NCBI GenBank assembly: GCA_002269645.1
Contig: NIVC01001383.1
Coordinates: 1 to 64,000, forward strand
DNA from: Macrostomum lignano
Lineage: Eukaryota
Reading direction: 5' to 3'
DNA length: 64,000 bases
Numbering within the stretch: position 1 is the first letter of the stretch; every line of letters starts with the position of its first letter. Below are positions 33,001 through 50,448 of this stretch, piece after piece. The notes under the pieces are model-generated. The model was given only the letters and a program-made list of their open reading frames with translations. It was not told the origin of the DNA and made no database searches. The position numbers and the translations under genes are program-made.

Positions 33001-34111
33001 GGCAACGGCGGCGGTGGCGTTACTTCCAGTCCCGGAGGCGCCGGCGAAGGTTCTTCGGGTTTCGATGTTGGCGGAGGTGGCAACGGCGGCGGCGGCGGTG
33101 GCGGCGGGGTGGATGCAGCCGAGCTGAGCCGGGCCCGGGGCGAGCTGGTGGCCCTTCAGCATCGAGTGGCCCGTCTGGAGGCCCGGGAGCGCCGCCTGAT
33201 GCAGCTGTGCTCGGACTGGGCGAGCAAAGCCGACGGCAGCGGCGGGGATTATCACGGCCTGCTGCGGGCCCTGACCGCTCTGGCCAGCGGGCCGGGCGGC
33301 CGATTTCGTGGAAAAGCCGGACTGGTTGGAAAGGTGAACCTTTTGACCCAACCTGTGCTGCTTGTGATATCCGTGATACCTGTAATGCTTGTGATACCTG
33401 TAATGCTTGTGATACCTGTGATGCTTGTGATACCTGTGATGCTTGTGATACCTGTGATGCTTGTGATACCTGTAATGCTTGTGATGCTTGTGATACCTGT
33501 GATGCTTGTGATACCTGTGATACCTGTGATACCTGTGGTGCTTGTGATACCTGTGATACCTGTATTGCTTGTGATGCTTGTGATATTTGTGATGCTTGTG
33601 ATACCTGTGATGCTTGTGATACCTGTAATGCTTGTGATGCTTGTGATACCTGTGATGCTTGTGATACCTGTGATACCTGTGGTGCTTGTGATACCTGTGA
33701 TACCTGTGATACCTGTGATGCTTGTGATACCTGTAATGCTTGTGATACCTGTGATGCTTGTGATACCTGTAATGCTTGTGATACCTGTGATGCTTGTGAT
33801 ACCTGTGATACCTTTCAAAATGAGATGCTTGTATTGCCTGATATACATTTTATACTTGCCACGCGGTTTAAAAATTTTGGCTCCATTGGTGATTGATTTC
33901 CTACCCTTAACATACTGTGTTTTTACCTTGACATTAATTGACCTTTCAGATGATGCAACTGAGAAAAGGAGCGGCAAATGTGGATCAACAGCAGGAGCAG
34001 TTATTGAATGGTGGCGATTCGGCAGTCACAGTGGAGCCACCACCGCCTAGCACTGCTTCTGGAGAGACGGCTGAGTTAGCAAAGAAGAGCAAAACTTGCG
34101 CTGCAATGTAG
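21089..34111 (+). CDS. KIF28: Kinesin-3 family KIF28/KLP-6-like motor, 16 exons (21089-21102, 21181-21290, 22117-22159, 22234-22440, 23511-23580, 26094-26427, 27221-27416, 28035-28185, 28740-28836, 28919-29022, 29758-30097, 30692-30835, 30926-31070, 31683-32274, 32905-33333, 33950-34111)
   Basis: [27 protein letters not shown]-loop, [32 protein letters not shown] and [19 protein letters not shown] domains; exon phases checked as compatible; one GC-AG intron. Confidence 0.92.
21355..21985. repeat. About 20-bp intronic minisatellite (ccctgacatctcacttcctt)
   Basis: Tandem variants in kinesin intron 2. Confidence 0.9.
22545..23350. repeat. 14-bp intronic minisatellite (gctaatagagggta)
   Basis: Tandem copies in intron 4 with higher-order insert units. 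Confidence 0.95.
23734..24086. promoter_or_regulatory. Two palindromic RFX X-box-like sites in kinesin intron 5
   Basis: CCGTTGTCATGGCAACGG (23734-23751) and the perfect palindrome CTGTTGTCATGACAACAG (24069-24086) match the GTTGCCATGGCAAC consensus. Confidence 0.55.
24853..24973 (+). pseudogene. Degenerate 18S rRNA fragment in kinesin intron 5
   Basis: gcatggccgttcttagttggtggagcgatttgtctggtt, aacgagact and acttcttagagggacaag are universal eukaryotic 18S segments; small deletion between them. Confidence 0.9.
25290..26070. repeat. Degenerate (tgtgtccccacacc)-type minisatellite in two blocks (25290-25685, 25935-26070)
   Basis: Tandem gtgtccccacac units. Confidence 0.9.
26460..27175. repeat. 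14-bp minisatellite (gaatacctgtctcc)
   Basis: Period 14 in intron 6. Confidence 0.95.
27570..27900 (+). mobile_element. tRNA-headed SINE family A, copy 1
   Basis: B-box GGTTCGATTC near 27601; body 27700-27830 shared with 36306-36442. Confidence 0.7.
28190..28580. repeat. GA-rich 31-bp minisatellite (gggagttacattagagggttgagagagggtt)
   Basis: Period 31 (28321 to 28352). Confidence 0.9.
29050..30580. repeat. Dispersed degenerate ccaatcag-containing repeats in three intronic blocks
   Basis: Repeated (a)gccaatcaga units at 29050-29150, 29600-29700 and 30130-30580. Confidence 0.75.
32310..32855. repeat. 23-bp minisatellite (tggacccacaatctaaacccacc)
   Basis: Period 23. Confidence 0.95.
33355..33812. 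repeat. 9/18-bp minisatellite (gatacctgtgatgcttgt)
   Basis: Tandem copies in the last kinesin intron. Confidence 0.95.
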
Positions 34112-34512
34112 GACTGACTGACTGACTGACTGACTGACTGACTGACTGACTGACTGACTGACTGACTGACTGACTGACTGACTGACTGACTGACTGACTG
34201 ACTGACTGACTGACTGACTGACTGACTGACTGACTGACTGACTGACTGACTGACTGACTGACTGACTGACTGACTGACTGACTGACTGACTGACTGACTG
34301 ACTGACTGACTGACTGACTGACTGACTGACTGACTGACTGACTGACTGACTGACTGACTGACTGACTGACTGACTGACTGACTGACTGACTGACTGACTG
34401 ACTGACTGACTGACTGACTGACTGACTGACTGACTGACTGACTGACTGACTGACTGACTGACTGACTGACTGACTGACTGACTGACTGACTGACTGACTG
34501 ACTGACTGACTG
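34112..34512. repeat. (GACT)n microsatellite directly after the kinesin stop codon
   Basis: About 100 perfect units. Confidence 0.99.
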
Positions 34513-35009
34513 CAATGAAATCGAGAAGTATCTACTTACATTCCAGAGTAGTGAGTAAACTTATGCACGTACTTTTTGAATCTAATTATGCTTGTAACAT
34601 TTTTCGGCTTTAAATGCATTCTAGTGTGATTACTTATTAAGAGATTATCAATAATTTTTAACAGTACAGTTTTTCAAAGTTCACCGTGAACTTTACGGAC
34701 CATGAAAGTCTAAATTAGCCTTTCTGGTTATTTATTTATTTTTATTTTTACTCTTGTCGACCATGTTGTATTAATAGGTAAGCAGTCATGAAGTTAATTA
34801 ACAAATGTACTAAAAATTTGACAATGCAGAAATTTGGATAACACCGCTGAAAGAACTTGTGCTCACAAGCGTTGTGCCTCATCGAGGAAAGAGAAAATAT
34901 AGGCATTGGTTTGGTTGAAAGCGGAGCGCAAACGAAGTTCATTACTCTTCAATGAACTGGTGGGAATCAAAATGTGCGTCAGTGATTGAGAAGCAAATTT
35001 GAAATGACT

Positions 35010-35660
35010 GATGTGCACGGTTGAGCACAGATGAGCATAGATGAGCACAGATGAGTACCGATGAGCACACATGAGCATATATGAGCACAGATGAGTACTG
35101 ATGAGCACTGATGACCACAGCACAGTTGAGTACAGATGAGCATAGATGAGCACAGATGAGCACAGATGAGCACCGATGAGCACTGATGAGCACAGAATCA
35201 ATTGCTTGCTTGAAACTTGAAGCTGTAAATCAGAGTGAAGAGCAATAATAGGGAAACAGATAAGGAGAAGAGGGAGACAGATAAGGAGAAGAGGGAGACA
35301 AAGGCAGAGAGGAGACAAAAGCAGAGAGGAGACAAAGGCAGAGAGGAGACAAAGGCAGAGAGGAGACAAAGGCAGAGAGGAGACAAAGGCAGAGAGAAGG
35401 AGACAAAGGCAGGGAGAAGGAGACAAAGGCAGAGAGGAGGAGACAAAGGCAGAGAGAAAGAGACAAAGGCAGAGAGAAGGAGACAAAGGCAGAGAGAAGG
35501 AGACAAAGGCAGAGAGAAGGAGACAAAGGCAGAGAGGAGGAGACAAAGGCAGAGAGAAGGAGACAAAGGCAGAGAGGAGGAGACAAAGGCAGAGAGAAGG
35601 AGACAAAGGCAGAGAGGAGGAGACAAAGGCAGAGAGAAGGAGACAAAGGCAGAGAGGAGG
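35010..35660. repeat. 10-bp (gatgagcaca) and 20-bp (ggagacaaaggcagagagRa) minisatellites
   Basis: 35010-35185 and 35255-35660. Confidence 0.92.
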
Positions 35661-36156
35661 ATGGAGGAACACGATAGCAAAATGGCCTGAAAAAGAGGTT
35701 TAGATCGAAGCAGATAGATGCAGTAAAGGCAAAAATATTAATTGCAGTGCAAAATGAGAGCAAACGTGGGCTGAAAAACATACGATAAGAAAGCAAGCTT
35801 AAGGTTTGGTTACGCGGGATTGCAAAAGTTTACGCTATTGCTGTGGGGGCTCAAGCAAAGAGACGAGCGGCGTATTTTGAAAGGAATTATTTCTGCTTTT
35901 TTTGCAAAGCCAATGCAAACAATGCGGCGCCAGTGAGCTGGGGGTCCAGTCCGTCGGGTCCGTTACGACAGCACGGACAGCTGGAGCAGACGGAGGCTAC
36001 ACTCGCATATTGTGCAAATTTAACAGAGGAAGAAAATTCCACAGTCCAAGAACTATTTAAGTATCGTTTCTTATTCAGTAGTCCTTGAGACAAACTCGGT
36101 CGAGAAAGCATAAAAGCGCGCCAGCACTGTACGCAAGCACGCACTCAAACACACGC

Positions 36157-36500
36157 GGGGGGCCATAGCCCAGCGGTCTAGCGCAGGCTCTGGTGTGCCA
36201 GCGACCCAGGCTCGATTCCAAGTGCAGTCACATTAATTTGGGGATGAATTGGAATCTCGGCTTGGCTCTGCTCGTGCAATTAACGGCCTTGAGAGCCAAC
36301 CCCCCCCCCCAAGGCGCAGTGAAGTGTACATGCCTAACGATAAAATAAAGTTAGGGCCGCTGTACACTCCTGTGTGAGTGTGTGCCTGCGTACGTATCCG
36401 CGCGCTTGTGTGCCTGCTCAGGGGAGTCGGCGGAATGGGCAGCAATGCCTCTCGCCGGTTGTGTGCCTATGTTGCTTAAAGTGCGCCAGGGTGCACACAC
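36157..36500 (+). mobile_element. tRNA-headed SINE family A, copy 2
   Basis: A-box TAGCCCAGCGG, B-box GGCTCGATTCC; body ccccaagg..catgcct..agggccg.tgtacac.cctgtgtgagtgtgtg..gcgcgcttg..gaatgggcag shared with copy 1. Confidence 0.8.
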
Positions 36501-36645
36501 CCCCCTGCCTCTAATAAACATACACACGCTCACACAGGGTGTATAGCGGCCCTGACACCCCGTGTATCGTGAGTGTATCGCCCGAATCTGCTTTAGCTCT
36601 TCACGGGCTTAAAAAAGAAACATTTTGAATTGTTCGATACTTTAG

Positions 36646-42100
<5,455 letters not shown>

Positions 42101-44274
42101 TACGAGTATGCATGGTTTAGACAAGCGGCGAGAGAATCCAGCCAGCAATTCCTTATTATTTACTTTCCTAACACTGGCGGGGACACTGGAGGCGAAGGGG
42201 CGTGGCGTCTGGGCCAAAGTAATAGCGCCACTTCGTCCTGTTTTTTTTCCGTTTCTCTCCTCGATCTTCGTCAGCTCTTGGACACGGGGCCTGTAGGAAC
42301 AGGCACATGTGCGGTATACTGCTAATACTACTCGCGTCTCAGTCTAATATGGCCAGTGGAGTTGAGGGTGAGAAACCATGCAGAGAGAGAAAAGGAAGAG
42401 CGCAAGAAGACTATATCGCGCATTGAAGCGCCAAGACAACCGAGACAAAATAGAAAATTGGCCACACTGGGTTGGAGCGTACACCTGCAGGCTGCATTGC
42501 CTTTCTACCTAGCAGCTCGGTGAGCCAAATAATACATACATGTGTATAGCTATATTTTGCTTTTCGTCCTCACCTTTGCATACCTGCGGGCGCCCCTTTC
42601 TTTCTTTTCTTTCCACGCCTCACTACTCGAACCATTGCACCATTTTATTGTGTGCTCAACCACACAGATTTTTCCTGGCTTCTCTGCATTTAGTTTTCCT
42701 AGTAGATTTGTGTGTTCTATTGTACATATAGATTTTTCTATTGTGAAAACAAAATTTTGCGCAATTAAAGCGAACACACTTTTGGAAGATTGGCATAATT
42801 TATGGTAACTGCCAACTGTCACTTACGTAGACTTACGCAACCAATTGCGAGCATCTATTTTAAGCCGATCGTAATTTAGCTAAATATAAATTTAAGTAAT
42901 ATAAGTAATGATAGGTAATAATTAAAATAACGCGAGTAAGTTTTGCCGTGATTAATTTCAACGCACCTAGCCAAATGAAATAACCAGTCAGTTATTTTAA
43001 CCAGGATGCGTCATAATCCCCTATACTAAAATAAGTACTGTAAATAGACAGCCGCATTCTAGAATATGTTTTGCATATTCTTGTACATCATACACTGTTT
43101 AAAATTTATTTGTCGGGCTTCTTATCTTAAGATCAATCTTACGTGCTTCGTCCAACTGCCCTTTTCCGGTTTTAGAATTTTGTGGTCAAATTGGAGTAAC
43201 ATATTGATATTCTGGGGCCAACTTATATACTACGATGCTTTTTTGCCGGACCGATAATTCGGATAGATAATTGTTCACATAAATTCAATCGAGACTCTCT
43301 CACGACAAGTACAAAATACAGTCAAGGCTTTCTTGAAAGTATTAAACAAGTTCCTTCATTCGTATTTATTTTCTTGCACAAAACAAAAACTTCTTAATCG
43401 TTGAGAAGAGCTATGCTATCTTAATATAGGAGTAATTGTTGGATTATTACGAGTCGATTTTAGCGCGAATTTGAGTTGACAGTGAAATACAGAAATTTCT
43501 TAGAAACGTTATACTTTCAAGCTTGCATGGTGTCGTGTCATGACCCCCCGAAAGCCAAAAGCTTCTTTCTTAGTATTTTGTATATTAATACATATAATGT
43601 CGTATACTTACATTGATTTGCTTGGTACTAATAAAGCACACGTATTTTATACATTATTTTACGTGCACTCTTACCATCAGAACTGTTTTGTACTAAACAG
43701 TTTGCTCTCTGCTATACTATACTACCTATATGTGTAGGGCTTACCTATATGTGTACTTAAATTCACATATAGGGCTTACCTATATGTGTACTTGAATTCT
43801 ATTCCGAATTATTATCACAGGCGCAAACAGTCAAGGATACAAGTTCAAGGGCTGCCAAAGTGCCAAGCTGGTTAAATCTATCCAAATCTTAAATTTGCTC
43901 TGCAATACTTCAATACAAAACTTGAAAAGCCTTTTTACTTGCAGATGAAATGCAAATATGTAGTAAAAATGCTACAAAAATAAATAAAAATAACTATTTT
44001 TAGGCAACTAAACATTTGAATGAATAGACATTTTGGCCAGGGGTAGGTAGACCTATAGAAATTTTTGATAGGGGTACATATTTGTTTGGTAATTTGCCCA
44101 TTATAAAATTCACTAGCATAGCATTGATTAAACTGAATCTTTAGATAGATCACTTAACAATTCCTTTTCTTAGTAATTTTCCCTTAACTATCAATATTAC
44201 TTGCACTTTTTATTTCACAAAAACAATAAAAATATACATTGTTATCCAATCAAATATAACATAATATGATAATG

Positions 44275-44845
44275 GGCAATTTCCTAGTTTTGCATGTTTA
44301 ATTATTTTCTATTTGAAATTGTGCATTTATGTGGCCCAAAAACAAATGGGCAATAGAACAAGTTAAAAACTGGTAGTTAGGCCTAAATATCAATAAAATT
44401 TTGTAATGTCAATAGTTTGTTTCTTAAATGGGTATTAAGGGGTATTAAATGCTATAGTAGTGTTGCACCTAATATAGAAAGTTGCCAAATATGTGGTTGC
44501 AGAACAGTCAGCGTTTATGGTAGTCTCCTTATCAATGGTCAGTGCTGCCATCTCTCACATAGTACACTCAAGAGTGCAGAGGTTGATTGGATTGCATAAG
44601 TCTGTAGGTGGCACAATTGTTGTAGGCGCTGGAAGTCTACTAGCCATGTTTTGAGTTTCAATATTTGCAGCTAATCCTTTCCCTTCGCCATCACCTTCGC
44701 TCTTATCACCCTCAGACCTTTATTCCATAGACTATAGACTACGAGGACTATAGAATATATGCCACATCACTTTAGCACAACTGTGCCACATAAACATGCA
44801 ATTTCAAATAGAAAATAATTAAACATGCAAAACTAGGAAATTGCC
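44275..44845. mobile_element. MITE, 571 bp, ~60-bp TIRs
   Basis: ggcaatttcctagttttgcatgtttaattattttctatttgaaattg at the left is mirrored at the right end; flanks tGATAATG / gGATAATG. Confidence 0.88.
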
Positions 44846-46090
44846 GGATAATGTTAGATTATAGGACATCTAAATATCTAAGTTCAAAATAATAAAGTTA
44901 GACTTTTTTGTTTTAGATAAAAGTTTAGATGGAAATTGGCTAGTAGGCAATAAGAAAGGTTAGTTTTCCTTTTATATAGTCTCTATTAGAATAAGTTTAA
45001 AAATCTATAGATGCATAAAGCCTAATATAAGCTACAAAAATAGCCTAAAAGTTTAGCATGCAACAGAAATATTATAAAACATAAAGTATGAAAATGTGAC
45101 ATAAATATTAAAGATAAAAAAATAAGTGTTTTAAGTATGTTATTTTATCTCTTAAATTATTTTATAATAACTCATTTGTTACAATTCCTTTTATATAATA
45201 GCCCCATAATGCAAAACTTTAACCTATACATTTTTATAAATATTTAGCATTGTAGAAAAATTTGCCTCCATTGCCTATCAGTTGCAAAGGACATTAGAAA
45301 ATTTTGAAAATGAGACAGATTATTCTAATAAAGATAAAAGTCAATTATATTTTATCTATATTTATATATCTATTGGATGCAAATTAGATCTATAAATTGC
45401 TAGAGACTAGAAAGCTAAAGAACTTGCTCATAAACTAATTTGCTTTATATTGTAGTGCATTAAAAACTCATATATTGTCATATTTTATATTCATTTTTGT
45501 CATTTCTTCATATTGAATTTTTATTTTAAATTATAAATATAGCTTTTTGCAATTTTTCTGAGTAAAGTTTGGTATATGATAAATGCTTAGTACTATTTGT
45601 TATCTCCTACTTTTGAAAAAAACTCTTATTTAAACAAATAGAAAATCAAGTTTGACACTGATGCAAACATAAGGATATTTGTCTAAATTGATTTTCTGTA
45701 AGCACTATACTACGCAAGGATTTCAGAAAATCAATAATAAAGGCAAACTACCTTTCATATTAAATAGAACCTTTTCAATTCAGTCAGAGCCAAAGTTTCT
45801 ATGGCCTGTTGGGAATGTTGGACCTTCAGCTTCCTCATCTTTTGCTGTCCATTCTTAGCCTTCCTCTCTAAGGAGTTCATTTTGCACTTCTTCCTTTGTG
45901 TTTTCACTCCTGGCCTCAGCTATCATGCTTGATTTCAAAAGATTCTTTTTCTGTCTTTTTTGCTATTTTTGTTTTGCATTTGAAAGGTCTTAGCATAGGA
46001 TTTTCTATTTGAGTAAATCAGTTATAAAAATGCAGGTTTGTCCATATAGACACTTTTGCTCTGGACTTATGCTTGCACTTAGCAGCATAT

Positions 46091-46310
46091 GGGGTTGTAG
46101 CCCAGTGGTTAGAGCATCAGACTCACAACTTAAAGGTTCAACCAATCTCATTCGAAACAGTTTGTGTCCTTGAGCAAGACGATTAACTTTGCATTGCTTC
46201 AGTTCACCCAGCTATAAAATGGGTGCCAGCATTAGTTGGGGTAGTTGAGGGTGTGTGGCGACCCCCCAGTCCTTTGGACTGAACAGCCGTACACAGCCTT
46301 AAATGCGCCA
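46091..46310 (+). mobile_element. tRNA-derived CORE-type SINE
   Basis: A-box TAGCCCAGTGG, degenerate B-box, CORE-like gtgtccttgagcaagac..cagttcacccagctataaaatgggt. Confidence 0.75.
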
Positions 46311-46519
46311 CTCAATAGTAGCAGCTGAGCTTTCGGTTGCACATCTGGCATAGTGCTTACAGAGAATCAATTAAGACAAGCACCATTACGCTTGCATGAG
46401 TGTCTGAATTGATGTTCCGCTTGTTTGAATAAATAGGGAGTTGATTCGAAATAAGAGTTAAAAGGCTAGGATACAATGCCTATAACTGGCTGCAATAACA
46501 AGCTTCAATTTCAATTTCA

Positions 46520-47122
46520 ATGTCAAATTTAAGCGCAGCCAATCCTAAAATCAGTGAAATGTCTCGAACTAGCGTGAAAATAGCGCCAGGCGCTGTCGTC
46601 TGCAGCGAGTGCGAACTGCGAGGCGACATCACGATTGGCCAGCGAACTGTTATCCATCCGAAGGCGCGAATCCTAGCCGAGGCTGGGCCAATCATCATTG
46701 GCGATGGAAATTTAATTGAAGAGGTTGCCGTCATTCATAATAGGCCAGACGAGAGCAATCCAAACGAGAAGGTGATGATAATTGGATCGCAGAACATATT
46801 CGAGGTTGGCTCCCGTTGCGAGGCGGTCAAAGTTGGCGATTTCAACGTACTCGAGGCGCGCAGTTTTGTATCACGTGACACTGTTGTTAGCAATGGCTGT
46901 ACTATTGGCGCAATGTGCAGCGTCACTGGCCGCGAGGTCCTGCCAGACAACTGCGTGGTCTACGGAGCCGCCAGTCATCGGAAAGTGGTCAGCGAGAAGC
47001 CGCCAGCTCAGACTCTGCAATTAGACTTTTTGGCTAAGATTTTGCCCAACTTTCATCATATTAAAAAGGCTGGCGCGAGTTCTGCCGCAGCGGCCGCCGC
47101 TAAACAGCATAGGCCGTCTTAA
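46520..47122 (+). CDS. DCTN6: Dynactin subunit 6 (p27), intronless
   Basis: [47 protein letters not shown] ... [13 protein letters not shown]. Confidence 0.96.
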   Translation: MSNLSAANPKISEMSRTSVKIAPGAVVCSECELRGDITIGQRTVIHPKARILAEAGPIIIGDGNLIEEVAVIHNRPDESNPNEKVMIIGSQNIFEVGSRCEAVKVGDFNVLEARSFVSRDTVVSNGCTIGAMCSVTGREVLPDNCVVYGAASHRKVVSEKPPAQTLQLDFLAKILPNFHHIKKAGASSAAAAAAKQHRPS

Positions 47123-47174
47123 TCGCTTGAGATTGCAATATTGTAGCTCGTAAACTTATTTTATTAACGCTTAA

Positions 47175-47720
47175 GTTGTACTTGTATTAGTAACCTGGAT
47201 TAGTAACCTGGATTAGTAACTTGGATTAGTAAATTGGATTAGTAACTTAAATTAGTAACTTGGATTAGTAACTTGGATTAGTAACTTGGATTAGTAACCT
47301 GGATTAGTAACCTGGGTTAGTAACTTGGATTAGTAACCTGGATTAGTAACTTGGACTAGTAACTTAAATTAGTAACTTGGATTAGTAACTTGGATTAGTA
47401 AACTGGATTAGTAACTTGGATTAGTAACTTGGATTAGTAACTTGGATTAGTAACTTGGATTAGTAACTTGGATTAGTAACTTGGATTAGTAACTTGGATT
47501 AGTAAACTGGATTAGTAACTTGGATTAGTAACTTGGATTAGTAGCTTGGATTAGTAACTTGGATTAGTAACTTGGATTAGTAACTTGGATTAGTAAGTTG
47601 GATTAGTAAGCTGGATTGGTAACTTGGATTAGTAACTTAAATTAGTAACCTGGATTAGTAACCTAAATTAGTAACTTAAATTAGTAACTTAAATTAGTAA
47701 CTTGGATTAGTAAGTTGGAT
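47175..47720. repeat. 13-bp minisatellite (ttggattagtaac)
   Basis: Tandem copies immediately 3' of DCTN6. Confidence 0.95.
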
Positions 47721-48379
47721 TAATGCCTGCAAAGACAACCTGACTTAGTACTCTAATGTAGTTTTTAGTCATTAAGTTTTTAAAAAATTCAACTTAGTGA
47801 ATAAAACCATCGCAAGTGGAAATTAATAATTACCGGTTGCAGATTGAAGGAAGTCTTATGTTTCTGTGAACAACTTAACTAGTATGGATATTATGTTAAC
47901 ACCAATTCGGTTGCTTTTTAATGCTTTGTGGTGACAGCTCTACTAATTTCATTGTTCATTAGATTCCTTGGTGTAATTTTCTAAACTGATTCGCTTACCG
48001 TCTTAGTTCTGATAATTTTGTTATGCTATAAGTCTATTATAATTAATAAAGCTTATTAACAATATACCTGCACCTGGTGTCTGCTTATCTATCCTTGTGT
48101 ATATACTATTGATCACAAAGCATTATATTGAACTTTGTTTAGTAATAAAATATTACAGAAATATATGTGTAATAAGCCTTACACTCAGAGCAAGCTGTTA
48201 TTGCTCATTTTAGTATTGGTAATCTCCAGTACAAAATACATTTCAAATAATTGTGTTGGCTTAATTGCGTTTACCATATTGACAGGCACCGCCGTGGAAG
48301 TGTGTTTTTTGCAAGGGAAAGAGGGCAAGGGTTTCACTGGCTATAATGTTTATTGCCTTAAAGCACTGCAGGCGAGATA

Positions 48380-50290
48380 TTGGTGTCCTTTTAGCGCCAC
48401 AGGGCACATTTTAGTGTCACAGGCCAGAATTTAGCGCCACACACCAAATTTTAGCGCCACACAGCGCCACACATATTTTAGTGCCATTTAAGCACCACAG
48501 GCCAAAATTTAGCGCCACAGGCCAGAATTTAGCGCCACAGGCCTGATTTTAGAGCCACAGACCAGATTTTAGCGCCACAGACCAAATTATAGCGCCACAG
48601 ACAAGATTTTAGCGCCATTTAAGCGCCACAGGCCAGATTTTAGCGCCACAGACCAGATTTTAGCGCCACAGACTAAATTTTAGCGCCACAGACCAAATTT
48701 TAGCGCCACAGACAAGATTTTAGCGCCATTTAAGCGCCACAGGCCAGAATTTAGCGCTCCAGGCCAGATTTTAGCGCCCCAGACCAGATTTTAGCGCCAT
48801 TTTAGCGCCACAGACCAGATTTTAGCGCCACAGACCAGATTTTAGTGCCATTTTAGCGCCACAGACCAAATTTTAGCGCCACAGACAAGATTTTAGCGCC
48901 ATTTAAGCGCCACAGGCCAGAATTTAGCGCCCCAGGCCAGATTTTAGCGCCACAGACCAGATTTTAGTGCCATTTTAGCGCCAGGGACCAGATTTTAGCG
49001 CCACAGACCAGATTTTAGTGCCATTTTAGCGCCCCAGACCTGATTTTAGCGCCAGAGACCAGATTTTAGCGCCACAGACCAGATTTTAGTGCCATTTTAG
49101 CGCCACAGACCAAATTTTAGCGCCATTTAAGCGCCACAGGCCAGAATTTAGCGCCCCAGGCCAGATTTTAGCGCCACAGACCAGATTTTAGCGCCACAGA
49201 CCAGATTTTAGCGCCATTTTAGCGCCACAGACCAAATTTTAGCGCCATTTAAGCGCCACAGGCCAGAATTTAGCGCCCCAGGCCAGATTTTAGCGCCACA
49301 GACCAGATTTTAGTGCCATTTTAGCGCCAGAGACCAGATTTTAGCGCCACAGACCAGATTTTAGCACCATTTTAGCGCCTCAGGACAGATTTAAGCGCCA
49401 CAAGCCAGAATTTAGCGCCCCAGGCCAGATTTTAGCGCCACAGACCAAATTTTAGTGCCATTTTAGCGCCACAGACCAAATTTTAGCGCCACAGACAAGA
49501 TTTTAGCGCCATTTAAGCGCCACAGGCCAGAATTTAGCGCCCCAGGCCAGATTTTAGTGCCATTTTAGCGCCAGGGACCAGATTTTAGCGCCACAGACCA
49601 GATTTTAGTGCCATTTTAGCGCCACAGACCAGATTTTAGCGCCATTTTAGCGCCTCAGGACAGGTTTAAGCGCCACAGGCCAGAATTTAGCGCCCCAGGC
49701 CAGATTTTAGCGCCACAGACCAGATTTTAGTGCCATTTTAGAGCCTCAGGCCAGATTTTAGCGCCACAGGCCAGAATTTAGCGCCACATGCCAGATTTTA
49801 GCGCCAAATACCAGATTTTAGCGCCACATGCCAGATTTTAGCGCCTCAGGCCAGATTTTAGCGTCACAGGCCAGAATTAAGCGCCACATGCCAGATTTTA
49901 GCGCCACATGTCAGATTTTAGCGCCTCAGGCCAGATTTTAGCGTCACAGGCCAGAATTTAGCGCCAACATGCCAGATTTTAGAGCCTCAGGCCAGATTTT
50001 AGCGCCACAGGCCAGAATTTAGCGCCACATGCCAGATTTTAGCGCCAAATACCAGATTTTAGCGCCACATGCCAGATTTTAGCGCCTCAGGCCAGATTTT
50101 AGCGTCACAGGCCAGAATTAAGCGCCACATGCCAGATTTTAGCGCCACATGTCAGATTTTAGCGCCTCAGGCCAGATTTTAGCGTCACAGGCCAGAATTT
50201 AGCGCCAACATGCCAGATTTTAGCGCCTCAGGCCAGATTTTAGCGTCACAGGCCAGAATTAAGCGCCACATGCCAGATTTTAGAGCCACA
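48380..50290. repeat. About 20-bp minisatellite (tttagcgccacagaccagat) with higher-order blocks
   Basis: About 1.9 kb tandem array. Confidence 0.95.
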
Positions 50291-50448
50291 GGCCGCAACA
50301 ATGTCAATACCAGGGGACAGCTGTCCCCTCTGTTTCTGCCCCCCCCCTCTGTTCCCCGGTGCCTCTATCATAAACAATAGACGGATGTATGCAGTGTTAT
50401 TATTATTACTATTAATATCGCTATTGCAGCGCCCAAAGCACAGCAAGC

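Noticed and set aside
34860-34900. DEAQ helicase-like motif at the end of minus ORF 34863..35672
   Set aside because: Isolated four-residue match in an ORF made mostly of satellite
18053-35796. Repetitive ORFs at 18053-18724, 21397-21969, 25258-25727, 26360-27204, 33252-33977, 33985-34515 and 34863-35796
   Set aside because: Open in several frames and both strands because of tandem repeats; most lie in introns or intergenic satellites
46091-46165. tRNA gene (also 36157-36230)
   Set aside because: No intact cloverleaf; both continue into SINE bodies
48290-50365. MITE bounded by aggcaccg/cggtgcct enclosing the 20-bp satellite
   Set aside because: Only 8 bp of inverted match and no TSD
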